A stretch of DNA of 64,000 nucleotides from Micrococcales bacterium (GCA_947489135.1 CANLCU010000001.1:276-64275), one strand, 5' to 3'. Numbered from the stretch's first letter, positions 22,201 through 31,823 are shown. Numbers and translations: made by a program. Notes: generated by a model from the sequence alone, not told the origin.

Positions 22201-22636
22201 CCTGGACTACCTATACGGGCTAGAGCAGGGACATGAGCACGTTGTTGAGATCGCTAAGGGTGTGAGGATCTTTGTTGGCCTAGAGGCTATTGGAAGCCCT
22301 GACACTAAGGGCTTCAGAACAGTCATGGCTACCTTAAATGGCCAATTGAGACCTCTAAACATCAGGGACAAGAAGATAGCTACCGATGTTGCTGTGGCGG
22401 AGAAGGCTAACCTGGCCAACCCAGCTGAGGTTGCAGCACCATTTGCTGGGGTAGTAACCCTTCAGGTAGTTGAGGGAACTCCAGTAGCCCTTGGGCAGCC
22501 TGTTGCCACCATTGAGGCTATGAAGATGGAAGCCACGATAACCTCCAATATTGCAGGCGTCGTAAGGCGTCTAGCCATAGGAAAGACCCAGTCGGTAGAG
22601 TCTGGGGACCTAATTCTCATCGTCGAACCTCAGTAG
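19229..22636 (+). CDS. pyc: Pyruvate carboxylase
   Basis: KILVANRGEIAIR, ERDCSVQRR, TDTTFRDAHQSLLATR, HLHTHDT, biotin motif EAMKM. Confidence 0.98.
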   Translation: MFKKILVANRGEIAIRAFRAAYELGAKTVAVFAYEDRNSSHRLKADEAYQIGELGHPVRAYLDVDEIIRVAKECGADAIYPGYGFLSENPHLAEAAAANGIVFIGPGSYVLELAGNKVNAKEAAIAANVPVLKYSIQSADIDELVKASVGFGFPLFVKAVAGGGGRGMRRVAEESELRGALGEAMREAESAFGDARVFLEQAVLRPRHIEVQILADSQGNVVHLFERDCSVQRRNQKVVEIAPAPNLDETLRQELYKDAIAFAKQIGYLNAGTVEFLIDTVGPNAGKHVFIEMNPRIQVEHTVTEEITEVDLVQSQMRIAAGESLVELGLTQDKIEMHGFAIQCRITTEDPSAGFRPDTGKITTYRSPGGAGIRLDGGTTATGSEVSPYFDSLLVKLITRGRDLPAAVSRASRALAEFRIRGVSTNIAFLQGVLSDPSFRAGELSTAFIGERPELLNSYPSLDRGTKILNWLAEVTVNQPYGTRGNLVSPASKLPKLDLTKEAPAGSRQQLLELGPVAFAKALRNQGPVAITDTTFRDAHQSLLATRVRSRDLFQVAPYEARILNKLFSVEAWGGATYDVALRFLGEDPWARLVSLRSAMPNICIQMLLRGRNTVGYTPYPVEVTDAFVKEATLAGVDIFRIFDALNDVNQMIPAIDAVLKTKTAVAEVGICYTGDLLDPKEDLYTLDYYLKLAKQIVDAGAHIIAIKDMAGLLRPQAAAKLVTALRAEFDLPIHLHTHDTAGGQLATLMAAIDAGVDAVDVASAPMAGTTSQPSASALVAALANTDRDSGISLDEITALEPYWEAVRNVYAPFESGLAGPTGRVYRHEIPGGQLSNLRQQAIALGLGNQFERVEDMYAAANQILGRPPKVTPSSKVVGDLALHLVAVNADPADFALNPQNYDIPDSVIGFMAGELGDLPGGWPEPFRTKVLEGKNIKFGLTELSKEDLENLNSEDAQIRRGTLNRLLFPGPTKDFEKARASFGNLDAVDTLDYLYGLEQGHEHVVEIAKGVRIFVGLEAIGSPDTKGFRTVMATLNGQLRPLNIRDKKIATDVAVAEKANLANPAEVAAPFAGVVTLQVVEGTPVALGQPVATIEAMKMEATITSNIAGVVRRLAIGKTQSVESGDLILIVEPQ

Positions 22637-22710
22637 CGAATAGACTTACCTTAGGAACAAGGTTCGAGTTAACGACTGTTAGAACCAAAAAGATACTCAA
22701 AGGATTAGGT

Positions 22711-23898
22711 TTGGCTGAAAAATCAGAACGCGGGCTCATTCGCCGTCGTAAGAAGGAAGAAACTGCTCCTTCCGAGCTATCAACAACCTCTCTAGATGCA
22801 GGTTCTATTGATCTAACCCCTTCAACTTCTTCAATCAAGGTAGTTACTGAGGCGACAGCTATCGTTCCGCAGAGCGAAAGCATTGGCGTTGACACTGGAG
22901 CGAATGCTCAAGCAGGCTACTCAAGACGAGACAGCCTTCGCGGGGATGCTTTTGATCAGCCAGAGCCAGCAGCAATGCTCACAGCAGATCGACTAATTGA
23001 CGTTTCTCCAAAGAACAGACCAGCTCCTGAATCAGGAATGCGTCGCTTCCTATACTTCTTGTCTCTAAAGACCATCAACCTAGGTGACAATCTAAAGGTT
23101 CGTGAACGCAAAGCAACAGACGCAAGAATTTCAACTCCGTTGGAAGGTGGCGCAAGATTCGTTCCTGTCCTAACTCGCAAGGGTGGCGTTGGAAAGACAA
23201 CAATCACCACTTTGCTAGGTATGGCAATGGCGTTGGTTCGTGAAGATCGCGTCATTGCTATTGATGCCAACCCTGACCGTGGAACTCTTGCAGAGCGTGT
23301 TAGCAAGTCAACACGTTTCACAGTTAGAGATGTTGTCAACCGTGCAGCAGCAGTTGATGGTTTCACCGATTTCTCAACAATGGTTTCAAGAGATGCAACC
23401 AGACTCCACGTACTTGCATCAGACAGCGACCCAATGCTTTCAGAAGCTTTCGATGAGGGTGACTACAACGTAGTTGCTGACATGGCGGCTCGTTACTACA
23501 CAGTTGTTCTAACTGACTGTGGAACTGGAATTGTTCACTCAGTTATGAGACCAACTCTGCAGAGAGCAAATGGTTTGGTAATCGTTTCAGGTGGTTCTGT
23601 TGACGAAGCAAGACTGGCTTCTGAGACACTAACCTGGCTAGAAGCTAACGGTTATGGAGATCTCGTAAGAGGCTCGGTTGTAGCTCTGAACACAGCAACT
23701 CAGGGAACTAACCTTGTGAAGCTTGATGAGATTGAAGCTCACTTCAAGTCTCGTGTTCGTGCTGTAGTGAAGATTCCGTATGACCCAGCACTAGCTGCTG
23801 GATCAGTTATCAAGTTTGATCAACTACACAAGAACACCAGAGAAGCAGCACGTGAACTTGCAGCCCTTGTTGTTGAGGGATTAGTTAAGTCCAAGTAG
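22711..23898 (+). CDS. MinD/ParA family ATPase with disordered N-terminus
   Basis: RKGGVGKTT, DANPDRGTL, TDCGTG, IPYDPALAAG. Confidence 0.88.
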   Translation: MAEKSERGLIRRRKKEETAPSELSTTSLDAGSIDLTPSTSSIKVVTEATAIVPQSESIGVDTGANAQAGYSRRDSLRGDAFDQPEPAAMLTADRLIDVSPKNRPAPESGMRRFLYFLSLKTINLGDNLKVRERKATDARISTPLEGGARFVPVLTRKGGVGKTTITTLLGMAMALVREDRVIAIDANPDRGTLAERVSKSTRFTVRDVVNRAAAVDGFTDFSTMVSRDATRLHVLASDSDPMLSEAFDEGDYNVVADMAARYYTVVLTDCGTGIVHSVMRPTLQRANGLVIVSGGSVDEARLASETLTWLEANGYGDLVRGSVVALNTATQGTNLVKLDEIEAHFKSRVRAVVKIPYDPALAAGSVIKFDQLHKNTREAARELAALVVEGLVKSK

Positions 23899-23901
23899 CT
23901 C

Positions 23902-24399
23902 ATGCCAGTTCGTGAAATACGCCTCTATGGCGATCCAGTTCTGAATTCGAAGTGTGATGCAATCAAAGATTTTGGCGATAAAGCTAAGGCTCTGATCGAA
24001 GATCTACTTGATACAACCAAGGAACCAGGCAGAGCAGGCGTTGCTGCTCCACAAATCGGTGTTTCACTCAGAGCCTTTAGCTACAACGCCAACGGAAATC
24101 TTGGGTATCTTATAAACCCTGAAGAGCTAGTTCTTGAAGGTGAAGCTGAGCTAGTTGAAGAGGGCTGTTTATCAGTTCCAGGTCTTTGGCATAAAACCCT
24201 TCGCTATCCAAAAGCATCTCTGTCGGGCTACCAGCTAGATGGAACACGCGTGACAATAAAAGGGGAGGGTCTATTAGCCCAGGCCTTGCAGCACGAGTAT
24301 GACCATCTAGATGGAAAGCTATATCTAGACAGGCTCTCAATCGAAGAACGCAAAGAAGCTATGAAGATCTTGCGTCAAACCGATTGGTTCCTTCGTTAG
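23902..24399 (+). CDS. def: Peptide deformylase
   Basis: GVAAPQIG, EGCLS, QHEYDHLDG. Confidence 0.96.
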   Translation: MPVREIRLYGDPVLNSKCDAIKDFGDKAKALIEDLLDTTKEPGRAGVAAPQIGVSLRAFSYNANGNLGYLINPEELVLEGEAELVEEGCLSVPGLWHKTLRYPKASLSGYQLDGTRVTIKGEGLLAQALQHEYDHLDGKLYLDRLSIEERKEAMKILRQTDWFLR

Positions 24400-26234
24400 A
24401 TCTTGTAGTCTCCGATGTTATGGCAGGTTGACTTAGCACTTGCTGCATAAATGTCATCAACAAGGTGTGAGAAGTCATCCATAACCACTGATCTCTTGAT
24501 CTTTAGAGAAGGTGTTAGGTGACCAGTCTTCTCGGTTAGATCCTTAGGAAGGAGCGCGAACTTACGGATTGACTCTGCAGTTGAAACCTTAGAGTTCACA
24601 GCTTCGATAGCCTTTGAAATCTCAGCAATAACTAGAGGGTTGTTAGTTGCATCCTCAATGCTCATTGCTTCTTTGATTCCATTGTTCTCTAGCCAGATTG
24701 GAAGCATCTCTTCATCGATAGATATAAGAGCTGATACGAATGGCTTGGCATCTCCAACAACAACAGCTTGGCTGATTAGTGGGTTAGCACGAAGTGGATC
24801 TTCAAGTTGTGCAGGTGCAACATTCTTTCCACCAGCAGTGATGATAAGTTCCTTCTTTCTACCTGTAATAGATAGGAAGCCATCTTCATCTAGGGAACCG
24901 ATGTCACCAGTCTTGAACCAGTCACCTTCGAATGTTGACTTGGTTGCCTTCGGGTTGTTCCAGTAGCTCTTTAGAACGTTAGTTCCTCTAAGTAGGATTT
25001 CACCGTCATCAGCGATCATGATTCCACAACCTGGAAGTGGGAAACCAACCTTGCCGATCTTGACCTTGTCTGGTCTACCAATAGTTACTGGGGCAGTGGT
25101 TTCGGTTAGACCGTAACCTTCTAGAACGATTAGTCCAATTGCACGGTAGAAGTGTCCTAGACGAGCACCAAGTGGGCCACCACCTGAGATGGCGTACTTA
25201 ACTTTTCCACCCATTGCAGCACGAAGCTTCTTGTATACAAGTGCATCAAACAACTTGTACTTAGCGTTTAGACCAAAGCTTGGACCCTTCTTAGTGTCCT
25301 TAGCCATTGACCAAGCGATTGCGGTTTCTGCTGCTGCATGGAAAATCTTTCCCTTGCCAGCTGCTTCTGCACGCTGCTCTGCTGAGTTGTAAACCTTTTC
25401 GAATACACGAGGAACAGCCAACAGGAATGTTGGGTGGAAGCTCTGCATTGCAGGAGCAACTGTCTTTGAATCTCCTTGGTGACCAACTTTCACGCCACCT
25501 GAAATACATAGAACAGAAATGAAGCGTGCGAAGACGTGAGCCATAGGAAGGAACAACAGAGTTGTTTCACCCGGACGAACTACATTAGGCAGAACTGCCT
25601 GAGCATTTCTACATAGATCCACAAAGCCCTGGTGCAAAAGTTCACAACCCTTAGGCTGTCCAGTTGTTCCTGAGGTGTAGATGATTGTAGCTAGGTCAGC
25701 AAGACCTGCACTCTTTCTGCTCTTCTCTAGGTCTGCATCGGATACTTCCTTACCAGCCTTGACAAGTTCTTTTAGATCTTTGCTGTCCAAAGTCCAAACT
25801 TTTTTGACATCCTTTAGAGATGACTTCACAGAGTTGAATAGTTGAACCATCTGGTCGTTAGCAAAAATACACGCAATCGAACCTGAGTCACCCAAGATCC
25901 ACTCGATCTGAGCTGGAGCAGAGCTTTCATAAATAGGAACTGAAACAGCTCCAGCAAACCAAAGTGCAAAGTCACAAAGAGCCCACTCGTATGAGGTAGG
26001 GCTCATGATGCCAACTCGTTGTCCAGGCTTGATGCCAGAAGCAATGAATCCCTTAGCTAGGGCCTTTACTTCAGCAAGGTAATCGCTTGCTGTAACTTCC
26101 TGCCAGACTCCAGGCTCAACCTGTTTAGAGATGAGAGGAAGGTTTGGGTCGAGTTTTACTCGATCTAGAAATAAGTCGGTGATGTTTGTGTCTGGAGAAG
26201 AAACAACAACTAAAGGGACTTCGAAGGACTTCAT
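24396..26234 (-). CDS. fadD: Long-chain fatty acid-CoA ligase (AMP-dependent synthetase)
   Basis: IIYTSGTTGQPKG, EGYGLTET, TGDIG, GRKKELIITAGGKNVAP, TPSLKIKR; start ATG 26234 after GAGGT. Confidence 0.92.
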   Translation of the reverse strand: MKSFEVPLVVVSSPDTNITDLFLDRVKLDPNLPLISKQVEPGVWQEVTASDYLAEVKALAKGFIASGIKPGQRVGIMSPTSYEWALCDFALWFAGAVSVPIYESSAPAQIEWILGDSGSIACIFANDQMVQLFNSVKSSLKDVKKVWTLDSKDLKELVKAGKEVSDADLEKSRKSAGLADLATIIYTSGTTGQPKGCELLHQGFVDLCRNAQAVLPNVVRPGETTLLFLPMAHVFARFISVLCISGGVKVGHQGDSKTVAPAMQSFHPTFLLAVPRVFEKVYNSAEQRAEAAGKGKIFHAAAETAIAWSMAKDTKKGPSFGLNAKYKLFDALVYKKLRAAMGGKVKYAISGGGPLGARLGHFYRAIGLIVLEGYGLTETTAPVTIGRPDKVKIGKVGFPLPGCGIMIADDGEILLRGTNVLKSYWNNPKATKSTFEGDWFKTGDIGSLDEDGFLSITGRKKELIITAGGKNVAPAQLEDPLRANPLISQAVVVGDAKPFVSALISIDEEMLPIWLENNGIKEAMSIEDATNNPLVIAEISKAIEAVNSKVSTAESIRKFALLPKDLTEKTGHLTPSLKIKRSVVMDDFSHLVDDIYAASAKSTCHNIGDYKI

Positions 26235-26390
26235 GTATACCTCTAACTTGATAGATGGGGTCAATACAACTTTTGACTAGCCTACCCGCTGGATAACTCG
26301 TTACAGAAGTAAAAAAGGGGATGAAATGTAACAATTTGCGGTTATAAACTGGAGTTTGACTTTGCCCCGCCCCAATCCCTAAGGAAACAA

Positions 26391-27341
26391 ATGATCACTG
26401 TTGGTATCGACGTTGGTGGAACCAAGATCGCTGGCGCTTTAGTCAGCGAAACTGGGGATATCCTGAAAAGCCTTAAGGTGCCAACACCAGCAGACAACAC
26501 TGATGACCTAATCACAGCTGTTGTTGAAATGGTCAAAGAACTCAGTTCTGGACAAGAAGTAGCTGCCGTTGGAGTGGCTATTGCAGGATTCATTGATGCA
26601 GATCAATCAGAAGTTATTTACTCTCCGAACCTAAGCCTTAGAAACGAACCTCTAAAGGCAAAGCTAGAAGCAAGACTGGGCATCGATGTCTTTGTTGAGA
26701 ATGATGCCAATGCTGCTGGTTGGGCTGAATACAGATTTGGTGCAGGTAAAGATAGTGATCACATGATGATGATCACCATCGGAACAGGTGTTGGCGGAGC
26801 AATCGTTGCCAAAGGTGAACTATTTCGAGGCGGCTTCGGTATCGGTGCTGAACTTGGACACACAAACTTCATTCAAGAGGGAAGACCATGTGGCTGTGGT
26901 CAGAATGGTTGTCTAGAACAATACGCTTCAGGTAGTGCTCTTCTTGATTCAGCAAAAGAACTTGCTGCATCTGGAACTTTAGAAGGTGCTCGACTAGCTG
27001 AACTTCAGTCTGAGGTTGATGAACTTTCAGGCACCGAGGTTTACAAAGCAATCACAGAGTCAGATCCAGGTGCTCTTCGTCTACTGAACGAGCTTGGAAC
27101 TAACATCGGTAAAGCTGTTGCATCGTTTGCGGCAATCCTAGATCCAAAGATGTTGGTAGTGGGAGGTGGGCTAAGCGTTGCTGGTGAATTGCTTCTTGCT
27201 CCAATCCGTGAGGCATACCTAAATCACCTACCTGCAAGGGGCTACCGCCCTGAAATGACTGTTGTTGCAGCATCACTAATCAACGATGCTGGGGTAGTAG
27301 GGGCAGCTGACCTTGCTAGAAGAGCTTCTGCACAGAGGTAA
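26391..27341 (+). CDS. glk: ROK family glucokinase
   Basis: GIDVGGTKI, ENDANAA, GTGVGGA, ELGH...CGCGQNGCLE. Confidence 0.92.
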   Translation: MITVGIDVGGTKIAGALVSETGDILKSLKVPTPADNTDDLITAVVEMVKELSSGQEVAAVGVAIAGFIDADQSEVIYSPNLSLRNEPLKAKLEARLGIDVFVENDANAAGWAEYRFGAGKDSDHMMMITIGTGVGGAIVAKGELFRGGFGIGAELGHTNFIQEGRPCGCGQNGCLEQYASGSALLDSAKELAASGTLEGARLAELQSEVDELSGTEVYKAITESDPGALRLLNELGTNIGKAVASFAAILDPKMLVVGGGLSVAGELLLAPIREAYLNHLPARGYRPEMTVVAASLINDAGVVGAADLARRASAQR

Positions 27342-27383
27342 ACTAGTCCTTTATAGGTTTATTGGAAGGTAAGGAGGTCGCAC

Positions 27384-28058
27384 ATGTGGTATTTTCTGCT
27401 GAAAAATATTGTGCTTGGACCTCTGCTTAAAATCATGTTCAGACCTTGGGTTCGTGGTTCAGAGAAAATTCCTTCAGATGGTGCTGCCATTCTTGCTAGC
27501 AACCACTTATCTTTCTCAGATTCGATTTTCCTTCCTCTAATGCTCAGAAGACCTGTGGTGTTTCTTGCCAAGAGTGAATACTTCACAGGCAGAGGACTAA
27601 AAGGAACTCTAACTAGATGGTTCTTTATCGCAACTGGTCAACTTCCAATTGATAGAAGCGGTGGAAAAGCATCTGAGGCTGCACTAAACACAGGTCTAAA
27701 GGTTTTGAGCCAGGAACAGCTCCTTGGTATTTACCCTGAGGGCACAAGATCTCCAGACGGCAGACTCTTTAGAGGTAGAACCGGTATTGCCCGAATGGTT
27801 CTGGAAGCTAAGGTTCCTGTTTTTCCAGTTGCCATGATTGATACCGAAAAGGTTCAACCTATCGGTAGAAGACTTCCTCGCATTAGACGTATTGGTGTAG
27901 TTGTTGGGGAACCTCTAGATTTCTCTAGATTTGCGGGGATGGAAGGTGACCGTCTAGTCTTACGAGCAGTCACTGATGAGATTTCTTATGAACTCATGAA
28001 ACTAAGCGGGCAGGAATACATCGACGTATATGCCACTACTCTAAAAAACAAGCGCTAA
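27384..28058 (+). CDS. plsC: 1-acyl-sn-glycerol-3-phosphate acyltransferase
   Basis: NHLSFSD (HxxxxD), YPEGTRS; SD AAGGAGG. Confidence 0.92.
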   Translation: MWYFLLKNIVLGPLLKIMFRPWVRGSEKIPSDGAAILASNHLSFSDSIFLPLMLRRPVVFLAKSEYFTGRGLKGTLTRWFFIATGQLPIDRSGGKASEAALNTGLKVLSQEQLLGIYPEGTRSPDGRLFRGRTGIARMVLEAKVPVFPVAMIDTEKVQPIGRRLPRIRRIGVVVGEPLDFSRFAGMEGDRLVLRAVTDEISYELMKLSGQEYIDVYATTLKNKR

Positions 28059-28079
28059 AACTAAGTCAGGACCCTCAAA

Positions 28080-29447
28080 GTGTTATCAAACGAAAAAGTT
28101 GTCATAGCCGACCCATCAGTTATTGCTGGGCTGGATAACTATCGCAACCTCGTAGCTGCACAACAGCCGACTTGGCCTGACCAAAAAAAGCTTGAAGAGG
28201 TCAAAGCAATTCTTGCTACCTACCCACCGCTAGTTTTTGCTGGTGAGGTTGACATCTTAAAGAACCGTTTAGCTCAAGCTGCCTCAGGAAAAGCATTCCT
28301 ACTTCAAGGTGGAGATTGTGCTGAAACTTTTGCTGATGCAACAGCAGATCGGATTCGCAATCGAGTGAAGACAATGCTGCAGATGGCAGTTGTGTTAACT
28401 TACGGTGCATCAATGCCTGTTGTGAAGATGGGTCGCATGGCTGGGCAGTTTGCTAAGCCAAGAACATCTGACACAGAAACACGTGAAGGTTTAGAACTTC
28501 CTGCCTACCGCGGAGATGCAGTAAACGGCTATGACTTCACGTTGGAATCAAGAACTGCTGATCCAACACGTTTACTTCAGGCTTACAACACTTCAGCAGC
28601 TACATTGAATCTAATCAGAGCATTCACAATGGGTGGCTTTGCAGATCTTCGTTCAGTTCACGAATGGAACAAGGGATTTACTGATAACCCTGCAAACTCT
28701 CGTTACGAAACTATGGCTCGTGAAATTGATAAAGCCATTAAGTTCATGGCAGCATGTGGCGCTGACTTTAATGAACTAAGAACCACAGAGTTCTACACTT
28801 CACACGAAGGTCTCCTGTTTGATTACGAACGTCCAATGACTCGTATTGATTCAAGAACTGGAACTCCATACGACACAAGTGCTCACTTCATTTGGATTGG
28901 TGAGAGAACTCGCAAGCTAGATGGTGCACACATGGACTTCCTATCTAGAGTTCGAAACCCACTTGGAGTGAAGCTTGGTCCAAACACTTCAGTAGATGAT
29001 GTACTTGCTCTGATTGAGAAGCTTGACCCAGAACGCGAGCCAGGAAGACTTACTCTTATCTCTCGCATGGGTGCGGGAAAGATCCGTGAAGCACTTCCTA
29101 AATTGGTCAAGGCTGTGAAGGATGCTGGAGCACAACCGCTTTGGGTTTCTGACCCTATGCACGGCAATGGCATCACAACTGCTAACGGCTACAAGTCAAG
29201 AAGATTTGATGATGTCATGGATGAAGTAAGAGGCTTCTTTGAAGTCCACCGCGACCTAGGCACATTCCCTGGTGGAGTTCACATTGAACTCACCGGTGAT
29301 GATGTTGCTGAATGTCTAGGTGGTAGTGAGCACATCGATGAGGCAACACTGGAATCTAGATACGAATCGCTATGTGATCCGAGGCTAAATCACTCACAGT
29401 CACTAGAACTTGCATTCCTTGTTGCTGAAGAACTAGCAGCTAAGTAA
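28080..29447 (+). CDS. aroG: Class II DAHP synthase
   Basis: LQGGDCAE, GRMAGQFAKPR, WIGERTR, DPMHGN, CDPRLN. Confidence 0.95.
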   Translation: MLSNEKVVIADPSVIAGLDNYRNLVAAQQPTWPDQKKLEEVKAILATYPPLVFAGEVDILKNRLAQAASGKAFLLQGGDCAETFADATADRIRNRVKTMLQMAVVLTYGASMPVVKMGRMAGQFAKPRTSDTETREGLELPAYRGDAVNGYDFTLESRTADPTRLLQAYNTSAATLNLIRAFTMGGFADLRSVHEWNKGFTDNPANSRYETMAREIDKAIKFMAACGADFNELRTTEFYTSHEGLLFDYERPMTRIDSRTGTPYDTSAHFIWIGERTRKLDGAHMDFLSRVRNPLGVKLGPNTSVDDVLALIEKLDPEREPGRLTLISRMGAGKIREALPKLVKAVKDAGAQPLWVSDPMHGNGITTANGYKSRRFDDVMDEVRGFFEVHRDLGTFPGGVHIELTGDDVAECLGGSEHIDEATLESRYESLCDPRLNHSQSLELAFLVAEELAAK

Positions 29448-31286
29448 TTATCTAGAGCGAATCGTTACGCTTTGCCCAACTAGAAGCGTTGTTCCAGCTG
29501 TTTCACTAACGCCGGTAACCTTCTTGATTCCATAGTCCTTACTTAGCCAGGATGTGTCAATCACAACTCTCAAACCAAGAGATTCGAGTAATCCTTTAGC
29601 TGCCAGAATGGTTTCCCCTTTGACTGCAGGCATGGTTACAGTCTGTGGGCCTAAGCTCTCAACGAGCTTGATTGATGAGCCCTTACCAACTTCTTCTTCA
29701 TCAGGAACAACAGAAATAATCTGCCCCTTGGCAACGGTAGTTGAATACTTTTTCTCAATTGCTCGAACAGTAAGTCCCGCAGCTTCAAGAGCAGCTTTAG
29801 CGATTTCGGTCTGCAATCCTGCTACCACCGGTATTGCTCCTAGGGAGACCTTTAGATCTATACCGGATGAAACAGGAAGCTTTGTCCCATCACTTCCAGA
29901 GTTTTCATAAACCACACCGATTGGATACTCAGAGTTGAACCACTGTGTTACTTTTCCAACTACCAGTTTTGCTCCAATGATCTTGGCTGTTGCTGTAACC
30001 AGGTCAACGCCAATAACTTTAGGAACTTGGACTAATTCTTTTCCTTTAGAAACAACAAGAACAATCTGAGTTCCTTTCGGAACAAGTATTCCTGCAACGG
30101 GTTCTGTGCCAATGACCTGACCTTTAGCAAAAGCCGAACTGAATTCTTCACGGATAACAACATCTTTAGTTATCGCATCAATTTCAGTTGATGCAAGTGA
30201 AACACTTTTGTCACTCAGGTTTGGAACTGCAATTAGAGCACCTGGTCCTGCTCCGTAATACCATCCTCCAAATGAGCCAAGAGCTAAAGCTAAAACGCTT
30301 GCGACAATCCATCTAGCGAATACGAGTCTGGAGGAATGCTTCGCGAAAGGAAGTTCTTCTTCCTCTAATCCAATATCTCCCAGCACTTCTGTGAAGTTTG
30401 CATCTCTTGGCAAAACCATAGTTTCAGAAAGATTCTCACTTCTAGCTGGAGCAGAATCAATTGGCTCGGACCTAAGAATCTTTTCAATCTCAATAAGTGC
30501 TCTAGAAGCATCAGCTGGTCTATTTTCTGGATTAGGTTCTGTGCACCAGAGCATTAGTTGATCGAGAGAGTCATCAGCTCTTGGGTTTAGCGTCTTTGCT
30601 GAAGCAACTCGCTCTGATGTGTGCATGAAGGCAATCTGAATCGCATCATCACCTCTAAATGGTTGTTGACCGGTGAGCATTTCAAAGAGCATGATTCCAA
30701 AGCTGTAGATATCACTTGGAGTTTCTGCTTTGCCACGTCTTATTACTTCAGGTGCAAGATAAGCGACTGTGCCAACAAGTGATCCAGTATCAGTATTTGC
30801 AGAGAGCTCTCTGGCTAAACCGAAGTCAGTTACTTTGATTCGACCATCATCTGAAAGTAAGACATTCTCAGGTTTTAGATCTCTGTGAACAACCCCACTT
30901 GAATGAGCTTGGGCTAGAGCAGAAAGCATAGCTTTGCTTAATTGCAATACCTGAGTGGTGTGGAGGGCACCTAAGTCTTTGATTGCATCTCTGAGGGTTA
31001 TTCCTTGAACCAACTCGAGAACAATAAAGGCATTACCGTTATCGTCACCCTGGTCAAATATGTTCACCAGGTTGGCGTGGTTAACCTTGGCAAGCATTCT
31101 GGCTTCTCTAAAGAACTTGTCTCTAAACACTGGGTCTTCAGATAGGTGCGGGTGAATAATCTTGACTGCAACTTCTCTAACCAGTCTTAGGTCTTTAGCT
31201 AGGTAGACAGTAGCCATGCCACCTCTGGCGATAATCTCTTTGATCTCATAGCGAGAAGAGAGGGTAGTGCCTACTAAATTGCTCAT
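29448..31286 (-). CDS. pknL: Membrane Ser/Thr protein kinase with PASTA repeats (PknL-like by position)
   Basis: ARGGMATVY, VAVK, HRDLKPEN, DFG, YLAPE; one TM helix; PASTA repeats; located upstream of dcw. Confidence 0.88.
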   Translation of the reverse strand: MSNLVGTTLSSRYEIKEIIARGGMATVYLAKDLRLVREVAVKIIHPHLSEDPVFRDKFFREARMLAKVNHANLVNIFDQGDDNGNAFIVLELVQGITLRDAIKDLGALHTTQVLQLSKAMLSALAQAHSSGVVHRDLKPENVLLSDDGRIKVTDFGLARELSANTDTGSLVGTVAYLAPEVIRRGKAETPSDIYSFGIMLFEMLTGQQPFRGDDAIQIAFMHTSERVASAKTLNPRADDSLDQLMLWCTEPNPENRPADASRALIEIEKILRSEPIDSAPARSENLSETMVLPRDANFTEVLGDIGLEEEELPFAKHSSRLVFARWIVASVLALALGSFGGWYYGAGPGALIAVPNLSDKSVSLASTEIDAITKDVVIREEFSSAFAKGQVIGTEPVAGILVPKGTQIVLVVSKGKELVQVPKVIGVDLVTATAKIIGAKLVVGKVTQWFNSEYPIGVVYENSGSDGTKLPVSSGIDLKVSLGAIPVVAGLQTEIAKAALEAAGLTVRAIEKKYSTTVAKGQIISVVPDEEEVGKGSSIKLVESLGPQTVTMPAVKGETILAAKGLLESLGLRVVIDTSWLSKDYGIKKVTGVSETAGTTLLVGQSVTIRSR

Positions 31287-31475
31287 ACTTAGTTAGACCC
31301 TACCTCTCTATATCCAGTGCATTGCTGAAGGTTCCCATAACGCTAAGCCTTCTGCCAGATTCTCAAACTTCTCTCAAGTCTAAAAGAAGAGCATTGGATG
31401 AAGCTGCTGCACCAACCTCAGGATGTTTGTGAGTTGCATCTAGCGTTGAGGGCATTGGTATGGCAATCTTTAACT

Positions 31476-31823
31476 GTGACTGAACCCTTAGATCAAATAA
31501 CTGACTGGCTTACGATTCCTGAAGCAGGTGAACTCCTAGGCATTGTGCCTGGCAAAGTTCGTCGCTTGATTGAAGAGCACCACCTGATTGCTATCAAAAC
31601 AGATAACGTTCAAAGAATCCCAGCCGAGATAATCATCAATGGAGAACCTCTGCCATCGCTTAGGGGAACAATTGTTCTTTTACTAGATTCTGGCTTCACT
31701 CTTGGTGGAGCAATCAAATGGCTCTACACAGTAGAAGACTCATTGGCAACAACACCAATGGCAGCTCTTATCTCGGGTAGAAAAACAGAAGTAAGAAGAG
31801 TTGCTCAGTCGCTAGCTTTCTAA
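31476..31823 (+). CDS. Rv2175c family DNA-binding protein
   Basis: WLTIPEAGELLG, LRGTIVLLLDSG, PMAALISGRKTEVRRVAQSLAF; start probably GTG 31476. Confidence 0.88.
   Translation: MTEPLDQITDWLTIPEAGELLGIVPGKVRRLIEEHHLIAIKTDNVQRIPAEIIINGEPLPSLRGTIVLLLDSGFTLGGAIKWLYTVEDSLATTPMAALISGRKTEVRRVAQSLAF

Noticed and set aside
31287-31475. Glycine or c-di-AMP riboswitch in the kinase spacer
   Set aside because: Only fragmentary resemblance (GCTGAAGG, CTCTCAAG); core consensus elements are missing on both strands.
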